Part shown: positions 29,492 through 39,158 of the stretch, piece by piece
Layout: every line of letters starts with the position of its first letter
Position numbering within the stretch: the first letter of the stretch is position 1
Assembly: GCA_031409275.1 (NCBI GenBank)
Contig: JANNXA010000024.1
Location: 1-64,000, forward strand
DNA length: 64,000 nt
Origin: Planctomycetota bacterium
Lineage (GTDB): Bacteria > Planctomycetota > B15-G4 > SIAN01
Direction: 5' to 3'
Translations under genes and position numbers: made by a program
Notes under the pieces: generated by a model
Databases searched by the model: none
Told to the model about the DNA's origin: nothing
The model's input: the letters and a program-made list of their open reading frames with translations, nothing else

Positions 29492-30985
29492 ATGTCCCGC
29501 TCGCTCTACGGCCTGATGAAGCGTCGTCGCATGCCGCGCGTCGATCCCGCGAGTCGCCGCGACTGGCTGAAGCACGTCGCCGCCGCGGGTGCCGCCCTCC
29601 TCTGGAGCGGGAGCTTGAGCGGCTGCGCGGGGCTCGGCGCGCGCCGCGACGGCAAGCGCGTGGTCGTGGTGGGCGGCGGATTCGCCGGCCTCACCGCCGC
29701 GAGCCAGCTGCTCGCGATGGGCTACGACGTGACGCTGCTCGAGGCGCGCTCGCGCGTCGGCGGACGAGTCGTGACCTTCTCCGACTTCGTGACCGGCCGC
29801 ACCGTCGAGGGCGGCGGCGAGCTGATCGGCAGCAACCACCCGACCTGGCTCGCGTACGCCGAGCGCTTCGGCCTCGAACTCACCGAGATCGTGGAGCCCG
29901 AGGAAGCGGAGTTCCCGGTCGTGCTCGATGGCCAGCGACTGACCGCGGAAGAGTCGGCCGCGCTCTACGAAGAGCTCGATGCCGCGGTGACCACGATCAA
30001 CGACGATGCGCGCGCCATCGATGCCGACGCGCCGTGGACGAGCGCGAACGCCGCCGCCCTCGACGCGCGCTCGACCGCCGACTGGATGACGGCGCTCGAA
30101 GTCTCGCCGCGCTGCAAGGATGCGCTGCGCGCGCAGTTCGAGGCTGACAACGGCGCGCCGCTCGAGCGCCAGAGCTACCTCGCCAACCTCGCGCAGGTGA
30201 AAGGCGGCGGCGTCGAAACCTACTGGACCGACAGCGAGACGCATCGCTGCGCCGGTGGCAATCAGCGCCTCGCGCAGGAGCTGGCGAAGACGCTGCAGGT
30301 CGACGGGAAGAGCCGCGTCCGACTCAACGCCGCCGTCGCCCGCATCGACCACGCCGGTGCGGTGGTCAAGGTGACGCTCTCCGATGGCAGCGTGCTCGAA
30401 GCGGACGATGTCGTCCTCGCGCTGCCGCCTTCGTTGTGGGGCACGATCGCGTTCGACGTCGCCCTTCCAGCCGAGCTGACGGTGCAGATGGGCGTCAACG
30501 TGAAGTACCTCGCCGCGGTGAAGAGCCGCTATTGGGAAGCGGCGGGGCTCGCGGCCGACGCGCTCTCCGATGCGACCGTCGGCTGGACGTGGGACGCGAC
30601 CCACCGCCAGGTCGGCCCCGGCGACTGTGTGTTGACGGCGTTCTCCGGCGGGCCCGGCGCCGAGCAGGCGCGCGCCTTCCCTGCCGCGCAGCGCGACGAG
30701 CGCTACGCCGCCGAGCTCGACGTGCTGCTGCCGGGCTTCCGCGCGAACTTCGTGCAGTCGCGTTTCATGGATTGGCCGAGCGATCCGCTGACGCGCGCCA
30801 GCTACTCGATTCCGACGCCCGGCCAGCTCATGCGGTTCGGCCCGCTGCTGAAGGCCGGACTCGGGAAGCTCCACTTCGCGGGCGAACACTGCAGCCACGC
30901 CTTCGTCGGCTACATGGAAGGCGCGCTCCAATCGGGCGTCGCCGTGGCGCGGCGGCTCGCGAGCCGCGACGGGCAGCTGCGCTGA
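29492..30985 (+). CDS. Flavin monoamine oxidase family protein, Tat lipoprotein
   Basis: SRRDWLK...LSGC; GGGFAGL...EARSRVGGR; FAGEH...GYMEGALQSG. Confidence 0.9.
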   Translation: MSRSLYGLMKRRRMPRVDPASRRDWLKHVAAAGAALLWSGSLSGCAGLGARRDGKRVVVVGGGFAGLTAASQLLAMGYDVTLLEARSRVGGRVVTFSDFVTGRTVEGGGELIGSNHPTWLAYAERFGLELTEIVEPEEAEFPVVLDGQRLTAEESAALYEELDAAVTTINDDARAIDADAPWTSANAAALDARSTADWMTALEVSPRCKDALRAQFEADNGAPLERQSYLANLAQVKGGGVETYWTDSETHRCAGGNQRLAQELAKTLQVDGKSRVRLNAAVARIDHAGAVVKVTLSDGSVLEADDVVLALPPSLWGTIAFDVALPAELTVQMGVNVKYLAAVKSRYWEAAGLAADALSDATVGWTWDATHRQVGPGDCVLTAFSGGPGAEQARAFPAAQRDERYAAELDVLLPGFRANFVQSRFMDWPSDPLTRASYSIPTPGQLMRFGPLLKAGLGKLHFAGEHCSHAFVGYMEGALQSGVAVARRLASRDGQLR

Positions 30986-31009
30986 CGCGACTCCGTCGGC
31001 TCGCGCGGA

Positions 31010-31365
31010 TCACCGCGGCTTGCGCGCGACACGCAAGTGCAGCGGCCAACGCACGGCTCGCACCTGCGCCGGATCGCCCCACGATCGCGCCAATCGCGGC
31101 GCGAGCGCCGCCAGCGGATCGACGCGCGTGCGCCGTCGCTGCTGCTGCACGGCCGACCAGGTCGACAGGTAGCCGAGCACCCCCGCGAAGCTCAGCTCCT
31201 GCTCGATCGCGAATCGCGGCAGCTGCTCGGTGCTGACGTCGGTCGCCAGGACGCGCGCGCGGCGAGTGGCGCGAAGAGCGCCGCGGGGTAGCGCGGACGA
31301 AACTGCGCGTACCCGGCCGCATGGCCGGCGAAGAGCGAGCGGTAGTCAGGAGGGGTCGGCGCCAT
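31010..31365 (-). pseudogene. Degraded class I SAM-dependent methyltransferase
   Basis: Fragments in different frames: DYRSLFAGHAAGYAQFRPRYPAALF / RVLATDVSTEQL / LGYLSTWSAVQ...DPLAAL...WGDP...VRWPLHLRVARK*; SAM motif I and most of the core are missing. Confidence 0.75.
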
Positions 31366-31372
31366 CACGTGA

Positions 31373-32854
31373 CTACTCCTCGAACTCCACCACCCCGCGC
31401 CGCCACTCGGGGGGCAGCGCCTCGTGCAACGGCACGATCCAGCTTGCCGGCGCGAGGTTGCGCTCGACCGCGGCAAGGTCGACGTCCGGATCGATCAGCG
31501 CCTGCGGATCGCGGCCGTTCAGCGAGCAGTCGACGATCGCGCGCACCTGCGGGCGGCGCGCGGCGCCGGTGGCGGGATCGACGACGGTGAAACGATCGGC
31601 AAGGTGATGCGCGTACTGCAGCACCATGTCGGGGCGATCGGCCATCTTCTGCGCCTGCCAGTCGGTGAGTTCAGCGCGCGGGTCGATGAGCTGGCGGGCG
31701 CCGCTCGCCGGGTCGGTGACGACGAAGGTCGCGAGCGAGCTCTTGCTGCGCAGCTTCATGTGCCAGCTGAAGAGGTGCCCCTCCTCGGTCCAGCTCACCG
31801 GTCCGGGATAGAGCAGATGGCGCAACGGGAAGAGGAGCTGGTAGGCCAACCAGAGCCCCGCCAGTGCGAGCGTCACGCGAGCGACGGCGGGAGCGCGCCG
31901 CGGCGCCGAAACGGCCGCCTTCGCGCCAACGGCGGTTGCGGGTGCATCGCTCCGCTCGAGCGCCGCGAAGACGCCTGAGTCGTAGCCGAAGAGTGCGCGC
32001 CCCGCCGCCCGCTCCTCTCGTCGCCAACCGCCGCGCAGCCGACCGATCAGTCGCGCGGGCCAATCGGGCGCGAAGAAGAGGGTCGTCGCCGCGATGGCGA
32101 GCCACGGAAAGATGCCGATGTCGAAGAGGGCGGCATTGGCGAGGTGGAACGCGGTCAGCGCCAGGAACATCGCCAACCGCGTGCGCCGCCAGCAGAGCAG
32201 CGGCACCGCCAGCAGATCGAGCAGCAACCCCGACCAGCTCATCAGCCACGGCGCCAGCGGATGGAGCAGCAGCGAGCCGACGACGGGCAGCTCGCCGCGG
32301 CTCTTCAGCCATTGGCGCAGCGGCTCGCCCTGCAGCCAATCGCTGTTGCACTTCGCCAACGCGGCGTAGCCGTAGACGATCGCCATCTGCGTCCGCAACA
32401 GCAGCAGCGTGAGACGGGACGCGGGCCGCGAGCCGTGGCGCATCGCGCGCAACGACCACGCCCCATCGGTCGGCAGCCAGGCGAGCAGCAGCGCGAGGAG
32501 CAGCACCAGATAGAGGTGGTTCAGGTAGCGCGCCTGCTCGAGCAGGAAGACGTAGCCGAACCCCGCGAAGAAGAGCAGCGCCGCCCACCGCGTCCACCAA
32601 CCGATGGCGATCAGCGCTCCGCAAGCCGCGAGTCCAGCGAACAGTGCCTGCAGCCACGGTAGCGGAAGACGCTCGACCCACCCGAAGCCGAAGTAGTCGA
32701 AGTGAAACGGGGGCGCGACGTAGTGCGACTCGATCCAGCCCGCGGTGAAGAAGCGCACCACTTCCCACACCATCAACCCGCCGAAGGCGATGCGGAAGAA
32801 GGCGAGCGAGTGCGCCGGGATGGGTGCGGCGAGGCGCTCGCGCAGCCGTTCCAT
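31373..32854 (-). CDS. HTTM-domain / vitamin K-dependent gamma-carboxylase-like membrane protein
   Basis: SLAFFRIAFG, YLNHLYL, YGYAALAKCNSDWLQGEPL, IGIFPW, WTEEGHLFSWHMKLRSK, RPDMVLQYAHHL, SLNGRDPQALIDPDVDL. Confidence 0.9.
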   Translation of the reverse strand: MERLRERLAAPIPAHSLAFFRIAFGGLMVWEVVRFFTAGWIESHYVAPPFHFDYFGFGWVERLPLPWLQALFAGLAACGALIAIGWWTRWAALLFFAGFGYVFLLEQARYLNHLYLVLLLALLLAWLPTDGAWSLRAMRHGSRPASRLTLLLLRTQMAIVYGYAALAKCNSDWLQGEPLRQWLKSRGELPVVGSLLLHPLAPWLMSWSGLLLDLLAVPLLCWRRTRLAMFLALTAFHLANAALFDIGIFPWLAIAATTLFFAPDWPARLIGRLRGGWRREERAAGRALFGYDSGVFAALERSDAPATAVGAKAAVSAPRRAPAVARVTLALAGLWLAYQLLFPLRHLLYPGPVSWTEEGHLFSWHMKLRSKSSLATFVVTDPASGARQLIDPRAELTDWQAQKMADRPDMVLQYAHHLADRFTVVDPATGAARRPQVRAIVDCSLNGRDPQALIDPDVDLAAVERNLAPASWIVPLHEALPPEWRRGVVEFEE

Positions 32855-32865
32855 GAGGCGCCCCC

Positions 32866-33471
32866 TCAGCGGATCTTCGTGAGGTTCTGCACCTCGACCA
32901 GCTTGCCGTGGAGGTCGAGCACGAAGGTCACCACCGCGCCCGGGACGATGCGCGCGACACCGTCGTCGCCCGGACGCTCCTGCACCCAGCGCGCGAGGAT
33001 GAAGTGCTGCTCGTGCTGGATCGTGTCGAAGCGCAGCGCACCGACGCCGTCGGGCAGCGCGAAGAGCGACGGATTCTTGTCGAGCAGCTGCTGCGTGAAG
33101 AGGCGAATCTGCGGATCGCCGAAGACGCCGGGGCCAAGCTTGCTCGACAGCGAGAAGCCCTTGATGGCGATCAAGCCGGCGATCGGCGCCGCGTCGGGAT
33201 CGTGCGACTCGATCTGCTGGAACTCGCGCAGGGTCCAGTCGACCGGCTGCCCATGGCGGCGGTCGCCGGCGGCGGCGAAGAAGCCGTCGTCATCGTCGTC
33301 GCAATCGTCGTCGTCATCGTCGAAGCCGTCATCGTCGTCGTCGAAGAAGTCATCATCGTCGCCATCGCAACCGCTGCGCACGCTGCAGCTCGCGCCGCCT
33401 AGCGCACCGGCCGCAAGCACCAGCACGGCGACCCTCCCGACCGTGCCGAACATCGCGCGCGCCGCGCTCAT
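32866..33471 (-). CDS. Putative lipoprotein with a poly-Asp tract and an FTP-propeptide-like C-terminal domain
   Basis: Hydrophobic signal ending GGAS-C; GCDGDDDDFFDDDDDGFDDDDDDCDDDDDGFF; stop lies 11 bp before the HTTM ATG. Confidence 0.75.
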   Translation of the reverse strand: MSAARAMFGTVGRVAVLVLAAGALGGASCSVRSGCDGDDDDFFDDDDDGFDDDDDDCDDDDDGFFAAAGDRRHGQPVDWTLREFQQIESHDPDAAPIAGLIAIKGFSLSSKLGPGVFGDPQIRLFTQQLLDKNPSLFALPDGVGALRFDTIQHEQHFILARWVQERPGDDGVARIVPGAVVTFVLDLHGKLVEVQNLTKIR

Positions 33472-33704
33472 GAGTCCGCTGCTGCCACGTTCCACGACTC
33501 GCTCCTCGCCTGCGCCTGCGCGCGAACGCCTCGCGAACGCGCGCTGCCCCCGCTCGTGTCGACGGCGATCAGAGCAAGGCGAGGGCCACCCCGTTGCAAC
33601 CTCCCCGCGTGAGCCGCCCCTGCCGCCACGGGCGGTTGCGATGCAAGATGGCGCGCTCGCAGCGCTCCGCCTGGCGCCGCACCAACGCAAGAGAGGGAAG
33701 AAGG

Positions 33705-36700
33705 ATGCGCACCGTCCTCGCGTTCGCGGCCATCGCCGCGTCGTCCGCTTCGCACCTCGCGGCGCAACAGCCGCCGCCGGCCTTCGCGACGCAGCAGCTT
33801 TCCGATCAGTTCCTGTGCGAAGGCGCTTCGTTCGGCGACTTCAACCGCGATGGCAAGGGCGACGTCGTATCGGGGCCCTACTGGTACGAGGGACCCGACT
33901 TCGCGAAGCGCCACGAGATCGCCGACCCCGTCGCCTACGACCCGCTCGGCTACTCGAAGAACTTCTTCGCCTTCCCGTTCGACTTCGACCGCGACGGCTG
34001 GCTCGACCTCTTCTTCGTCGGCTTTCCCGGCGAGCGCGCCTGGTGGGCGCAGAACCCGAAGGGCGAGGAGCGACGCTGGGTCGAGCACGACGTCTTCGCG
34101 ACCGTCGACAACGAGTCGCCCGCCTTCACCGACGTGACCGGCGACGGCCAGCCCGAGCTCGTCTGCATCAGCGGCGGCCGCTGGGGCTACGCGACGTTCG
34201 ACGCGAAGGAGCCCGCCAAGCCGTGGACTTTCCACGCGGCGTCGCCCGACCTCGGTCTGCAGCGATTCACGCACGGCCTGGGTCTCGGCGACCTGAATGG
34301 CGACGGCAAACCCGACCTGCTCGAGCGCACCGGCTGGTGGGAGCAGCCGAAGTCGCTGGCCGGCGATCCGCTCTGGACCCGGCACGACTTCCTCTTCTCC
34401 GCAGGCCACGGCGGCGCGCAGATGCTGGTGGACGACGTCGACGGCGATGGCGATGCCGACGTCATCTCGAGCCTGAACGCCCATGAGTGGGGCCTCTCCT
34501 GGTTCGAGCAGGTGAAGGACGCGAACGCGGCGATCACCTTCCTCGAACATCGCTTGATGAACTCGCCGACCGACCCGCATCCGAAGGACGTCTGCTTCTC
34601 CGAGCTGCACGCGTTGGCGCAGGCCGACATCGATGGCGATGGCCTGAAGGACTTCGTCACTGGCAAGCGCTTCTGGGCGCACGGCCCGACCGGCTCACCG
34701 GGTGCCGGCGATCCGGCGGTCCTCTACTGGTGGCAGCTGGTGCGCACGACGGCGGGCGGATCGGCCGGCCAGAGCGGCGCGGCGACGTTCGAACCGCATC
34801 TCATCGATGACGCGAGCGGCGTCGGCGTGCAGGTCGTCGCCGGCGACCTCAATGGCGACGGCAAGTGCGACGTCGTGGTCGGCAACAAGAAGGGGACGTT
34901 CGTCCACCTGCAGGTGACGGACTACGTCGATCGGGTCAAGCAGATCCTCGAGGAGAAGCGTCGCGAGCAGGAGAAGGCGCGCGGCGGGATCGTGCCGCAG
35001 GCGGCCACGACGCCGCGCCTCCACCCCGGCCGCGACGACGGCACGCTGCCGCTCGGGCTCGACGGCAAACCGCTCAACACCGACTTCGAGACGGGCGACC
35101 TGCGCGACTGGATCGCCGAGGGCGACGCCTTCGAAGGGCAGCCGATCCGCGGCGACTCACCCAAGGCACGCAGTCGCGAGTCGAGCCTCCACGACGGCGA
35201 CTGCTGGATCGGCGGCTACGAGAAGTTCGGTGACGATCGCCAGGGGACGCTGCTCTCGGCGCCGTTTCGCGTGACGCAGCCCTTCGCCAGCTTCCTGATC
35301 GGCGGCGGTCCGCACCCGACCACCGTCGCCGAGCTGCTGCGCTGCGACGCCGCAGGCGCGCCGCTCGACGCGCCGCCCTTCTTCCGCTGCTTTGGCGCGG
35401 GCTTCGAGTCGCTGCAGCCGATCGTCGTCGACCTTTCGCGCGAGCAAGGCAAGGTGATCCGCATCCGCCTCACCGACGCGCAGGGTGGCCATTGGGGGCA
35501 CGTCAACTTCGACGACTTCCGCGTGCACGCGAAGCGCCCGGAAGTGAAACGGCCGCCGGGCGTGCCGCTGATCCTCGAGCCTGATCCGCCGATCGCCAAT
35601 GGACTGGCACCGCAGGACGCGGCGAAGGCGATGAGCGTCGGGAACGGCTTCCACGTCGACCTCGTCGCCGCCGAGCCCGACCTCCATCAGCCGATCGCGC
35701 TGTGCGTCGACGCGAAGGGGCGCCTCTGGGTGGTCGAGGCGCACAGCTACCCGCAACGCGAGCCCGAAGGGCAAGGCAAGGACATCGTCCTGGTCTTCGA
35801 GGATCGCGACCTCGACGGGCGCTTCGAGACGCGCACCGAGTTCATGCAGGGGCTGAACCTCGTCTCCGGCCTCGAGGTCGGATTCGGCGGCGTCTTCATC
35901 GGCGCCTCGCCCTACCTCCTCTTCGTGCCGGACCGCAACGACGACCTCGTGCCTGACGGCGAGCCGGAAGTGCTGCTCGATGGCTGGCACTACGAGGACA
36001 CGCACGAGACGCTGAATGCCTTCGCGTGGGGCCCTGACGGCTGGCTCTACGGCTGCCACGGCGTGTTCACCCACTCGCGCGTCGGCAAGCCGGGCACACC
36101 CGACGCGCAACGCGTGCCGCTGAACGCCGCCGTCTGGCGCTACCACCCCCAGCGCCGCGATTTCGAGATCTTCGCGGAAGGGACCAGCAACCCTTGGGGG
36201 CTCGACTGGAACGACCAGGGCGAGGCGTTCATCAGCGCGTGCGTGATCCCGCACCTCTTCCATCTGGTGCCCGGCGGCCGCTACATCCGCCAGGCCGGCG
36301 GCCCGTTCAATCCCTACACCTACGTCGAGATCGACACGATCGCCGACCACCCGCACTATCCCGGCAACGATCCGTGGGGTGCCAACGGTCGCAGCCACGC
36401 GTTCGGTGGCGGCCACGCCCACTGCGGCGCGCTGATCTACCTCGCCGAGCAGTTCCCCGCCGAGTACCGCAACTCGATCTTCATGGGGAACATCCACGGC
36501 AACCGCGTGAATCGCGACCTGCTCGAACCCGACGGCTCCGGTTACGTCGGCCATCACGGCGCCGACTTCCTGCTGGCCAACGACAAGTGGTTCCGCCACA
36601 TCGCCAGCCGACTCGGCCCCGACGGCTCGATCTACATGATCGACTGGTACGACGCGCAGGCGTGCCACCACACCGACGACAAGATCTGGAATCGAACGAA

Positions 36701-39059
36701 CGGCCGCATGTACCGCGTGAGCTACGCGGCCGAAGGCGCGCCGGCGGCGGAACGACTGCCGGTCAACGTGCCGGCGATGGCCGAGAACGCGCTGCTGCGC
36801 GCGCAGGCCGACGCGAACGAGTTCTGGGTGCGCCGCAGCCGAGTCGAGCTGCAGCAACGCGGGCTCACTGCGAGTGGCGTCGCCACCGCCGAGCAGCTCT
36901 TCACGCTGCACGCCGATCCCACGCGTCGGCTGCGCGGACTGTGGCTGCTGCACGCGTGCGCGAAACTGCGGGACGAGCTGGCGCTCGCAGAGCTTCAGAA
37001 GGACAGCGACGCTCACGTCCGCGGCTGGATCGTCCGACTCCTGGCCGAAGACCACCAGGTGAGCGCGGAGGCGTTGGCGCAGTTCACGAAGCTGGCCAAG
37101 GACGATCCCTCGCCGATCGTGCGCCGCGAGATCGCCTCGGCACTGCAACGGCTGCCGCTCGAACAGCGCTGGGCCCCGCTCGCCGCGTTGCTCGCCCACG
37201 GCGAGGACAAGGACGACCGCAATCTGCCGGCGCTCTGCTGGTACGCGCTCGAGCCACTGGTGGGTGCCGACCCGGCGCGCGCGTTCGCACTGCTGCCCGG
37301 CATCGCGCACGAATCGCTGCACGAGCTGGTGATCCGCCGCGCCGCAGCCGATCCGCGCTGCCACGACGCGCTCATCCTCGCGCTCACGTTCCTGCCGGAG
37401 CCCGGCGCGCAGCGCTGGCTGCTCGACACGATGCACGGCGAACTCGAGGAGCAGCGCGGCCTCGCCACGCCAGCGGGCTGGCCGGCCGTCTACGCGAAGC
37501 TGAAGGCGCAGCCGGAGACTGCGCGCGCGGCCTTGCAGGTCGCGCTCGACTTCGGCGATCGCTCGGCGGTGCCGGAGCTGCGCGCCGCCGCCGCCGAGAA
37601 GGGCGCCGAGATCGAGTGGCGACGGCAGGCGATCGCGGCGCTCGCCCAGCTGAAGGACGGCGAGTCGGTCCGCGGCCTGATCGAGCTGATCGGCGAGCGC
37701 GAAGTGCGCCGCGACGCGCTGCGCGCGCTGGCGAGCTTCGACGACGGCACGATTCCGATGCTGGTGCTGCTCGGCTACGAGCAGTTCGACGCCACCGAGC
37801 GGCGCGAGGCGATCGACACGCTCACCGCGCGCGTCGAGTGGGCGAGGTTGCTGACCGTCGCCATCGGCGGCGGCAAGGTGGCGCGCGGCGAGTTGCACGC
37901 CACCGCGCTGCGCCGCATGCGCGATTTCAAGGACAAGGACCTCGACACGCTGATCGCCGCCAACATCGGCCTCGTCCGCGACACTCCCGAAGAGAAGCAG
38001 AAGCGGATCGCCGAGCTGAAAGCGGGACTGACCGCCGATGCGCTCGCCCGCGCCGACCTCGAGCACGGCCGCGCGCTCTTCGCCGCCACCTGCATGAAGT
38101 GCCACGCGCTGCTCGGCGTCGGCGGGAAGATCGCCCCCGACCTGACCGGCTCGAATCGCGCCGATCTCGATTACCTGCTGACCAACGTGATCGACCCGAA
38201 CCAGGTGATCGGCAAGGATTACCTGGTGACCAACGCCTTCCTGAAGGACGGCCGCATCGTCAGCGGCATCGTGCTGCGGGAGAACGACAGCGCCGTCACG
38301 TTGCAGGCGGAGAACGACGTCGTGACGGTCGCGCGCGCCGATCTGCAGTCGCTCAAGCCGAGCAAGGTGTCACTGATGCCGGAAGGGCAGCTCGACACCT
38401 TCGCGCCCGACGCGATCCGCGACCTCATCGCCTACCTGCAGAGCGGCTCGCAAGTGGCGATGCAGGCAACGGCGGCGACAGCCCCTTACCTCTTCGACGG
38501 CAAGAGCCTCGCGTTGTGGCGTGGCGACCTCGCGCTCTTCAGCGTGGAGAGCGGCGAGATCGTCGGTCGCACGACGACCGGCATCGACCACAACGCCTTC
38601 CTCCTCTCCGATCTCGTGGTGGGTGACTTCGCGCTCTCGCTCGAGGTTCGCCTCGTCGGCGACGCGGGCAACAGCGGGATCCAGTTCCGCAGCGTGCCGG
38701 TCGGCGACGATCCGTTGCGCTTCGAGATGAAGGGCTACCAGGCCGACATCGGGCCGGGCTGGTGGGGCAAGCTCTACGAGGAGCTCGGCCGCGCGATCCT
38801 CTCCGAGGTTTCGGGCGAACCGCACGTCGTGAAGGATGGCTGGAACCGCTACGAGATCGTCGCCACCGGCGGTCGCGTGCGCACCCGCATCAACGGCCAT
38901 GTGACCACCGACCTCGACGATCCGGAGGGTGCGCGGCGCGGGCAGATCGCGCTGCAGATCCATTCGGGCGGACCGACCGAGGTGCGCTTCCGGAAGCTCG
39001 AACTGGTGGTCGATCCGCCGGCGCTGCCGGCCGTGGGCGTCGACGCAGGAGCACGGTGA
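33705..39059 (+). CDS. PVC-type heme-binding CxxCH multidomain protein (FG-GAP repeats + beta-propeller dehydrogenase-like + HEAT + cytochrome c + DUF1080)
   Basis: Signal peptide; repeated GDFNRDG/GDLNGDG motifs; AAEPDLHQPIA...GRLWV, DTHETLNAFAWGPDGWLYG; HEAT-like helices; CMKCH...PDLTG...SLMPEG; C-terminal GNSGIQFRS...IALQIHSG. Confidence 0.9.
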   Translation: MRTVLAFAAIAASSASHLAAQQPPPAFATQQLSDQFLCEGASFGDFNRDGKGDVVSGPYWYEGPDFAKRHEIADPVAYDPLGYSKNFFAFPFDFDRDGWLDLFFVGFPGERAWWAQNPKGEERRWVEHDVFATVDNESPAFTDVTGDGQPELVCISGGRWGYATFDAKEPAKPWTFHAASPDLGLQRFTHGLGLGDLNGDGKPDLLERTGWWEQPKSLAGDPLWTRHDFLFSAGHGGAQMLVDDVDGDGDADVISSLNAHEWGLSWFEQVKDANAAITFLEHRLMNSPTDPHPKDVCFSELHALAQADIDGDGLKDFVTGKRFWAHGPTGSPGAGDPAVLYWWQLVRTTAGGSAGQSGAATFEPHLIDDASGVGVQVVAGDLNGDGKCDVVVGNKKGTFVHLQVTDYVDRVKQILEEKRREQEKARGGIVPQAATTPRLHPGRDDGTLPLGLDGKPLNTDFETGDLRDWIAEGDAFEGQPIRGDSPKARSRESSLHDGDCWIGGYEKFGDDRQGTLLSAPFRVTQPFASFLIGGGPHPTTVAELLRCDAAGAPLDAPPFFRCFGAGFESLQPIVVDLSREQGKVIRIRLTDAQGGHWGHVNFDDFRVHAKRPEVKRPPGVPLILEPDPPIANGLAPQDAAKAMSVGNGFHVDLVAAEPDLHQPIALCVDAKGRLWVVEAHSYPQREPEGQGKDIVLVFEDRDLDGRFETRTEFMQGLNLVSGLEVGFGGVFIGASPYLLFVPDRNDDLVPDGEPEVLLDGWHYEDTHETLNAFAWGPDGWLYGCHGVFTHSRVGKPGTPDAQRVPLNAAVWRYHPQRRDFEIFAEGTSNPWGLDWNDQGEAFISACVIPHLFHLVPGGRYIRQAGGPFNPYTYVEIDTIADHPHYPGNDPWGANGRSHAFGGGHAHCGALIYLAEQFPAEYRNSIFMGNIHGNRVNRDLLEPDGSGYVGHHGADFLLANDKWFRHIASRLGPDGSIYMIDWYDAQACHHTDDKIWNRTNGRMYRVSYAAEGAPAAERLPVNVPAMAENALLRAQADANEFWVRRSRVELQQRGLTASGVATAEQLFTLHADPTRRLRGLWLLHACAKLRDELALAELQKDSDAHVRGWIVRLLAEDHQVSAEALAQFTKLAKDDPSPIVRREIASALQRLPLEQRWAPLAALLAHGEDKDDRNLPALCWYALEPLVGADPARAFALLPGIAHESLHELVIRRAAADPRCHDALILALTFLPEPGAQRWLLDTMHGELEEQRGLATPAGWPAVYAKLKAQPETARAALQVALDFGDRSAVPELRAAAAEKGAEIEWRRQAIAALAQLKDGESVRGLIELIGEREVRRDALRALASFDDGTIPMLVLLGYEQFDATERREAIDTLTARVEWARLLTVAIGGGKVARGELHATALRRMRDFKDKDLDTLIAANIGLVRDTPEEKQKRIAELKAGLTADALARADLEHGRALFAATCMKCHALLGVGGKIAPDLTGSNRADLDYLLTNVIDPNQVIGKDYLVTNAFLKDGRIVSGIVLRENDSAVTLQAENDVVTVARADLQSLKPSKVSLMPEGQLDTFAPDAIRDLIAYLQSGSQVAMQATAATAPYLFDGKSLALWRGDLALFSVESGEIVGRTTTGIDHNAFLLSDLVVGDFALSLEVRLVGDAGNSGIQFRSVPVGDDPLRFEMKGYQADIGPGWWGKLYEELGRAILSEVSGEPHVVKDGWNRYEIVATGGRVRTRINGHVTTDLDDPEGARRGQIALQIHSGGPTEVRFRKLELVVDPPALPAVGVDAGAR

Positions 39060-39158
39060 GGCGGCGACCGAAACGGCGCTACACCGGTGCCGCAAGTGCG
39101 CTCGGGATAGGCTCCTGCCCTCGTTCCCGACTCGAACCCCCTTCTCGCGAGGCCCACG

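Noticed and set aside
28012..30985. Divergent Tat-exported epimerase and amine oxidase as a dedicated pathway
   Set aside because: Both are common Tat substrate families, and adjacency alone gives no evidence of a shared function
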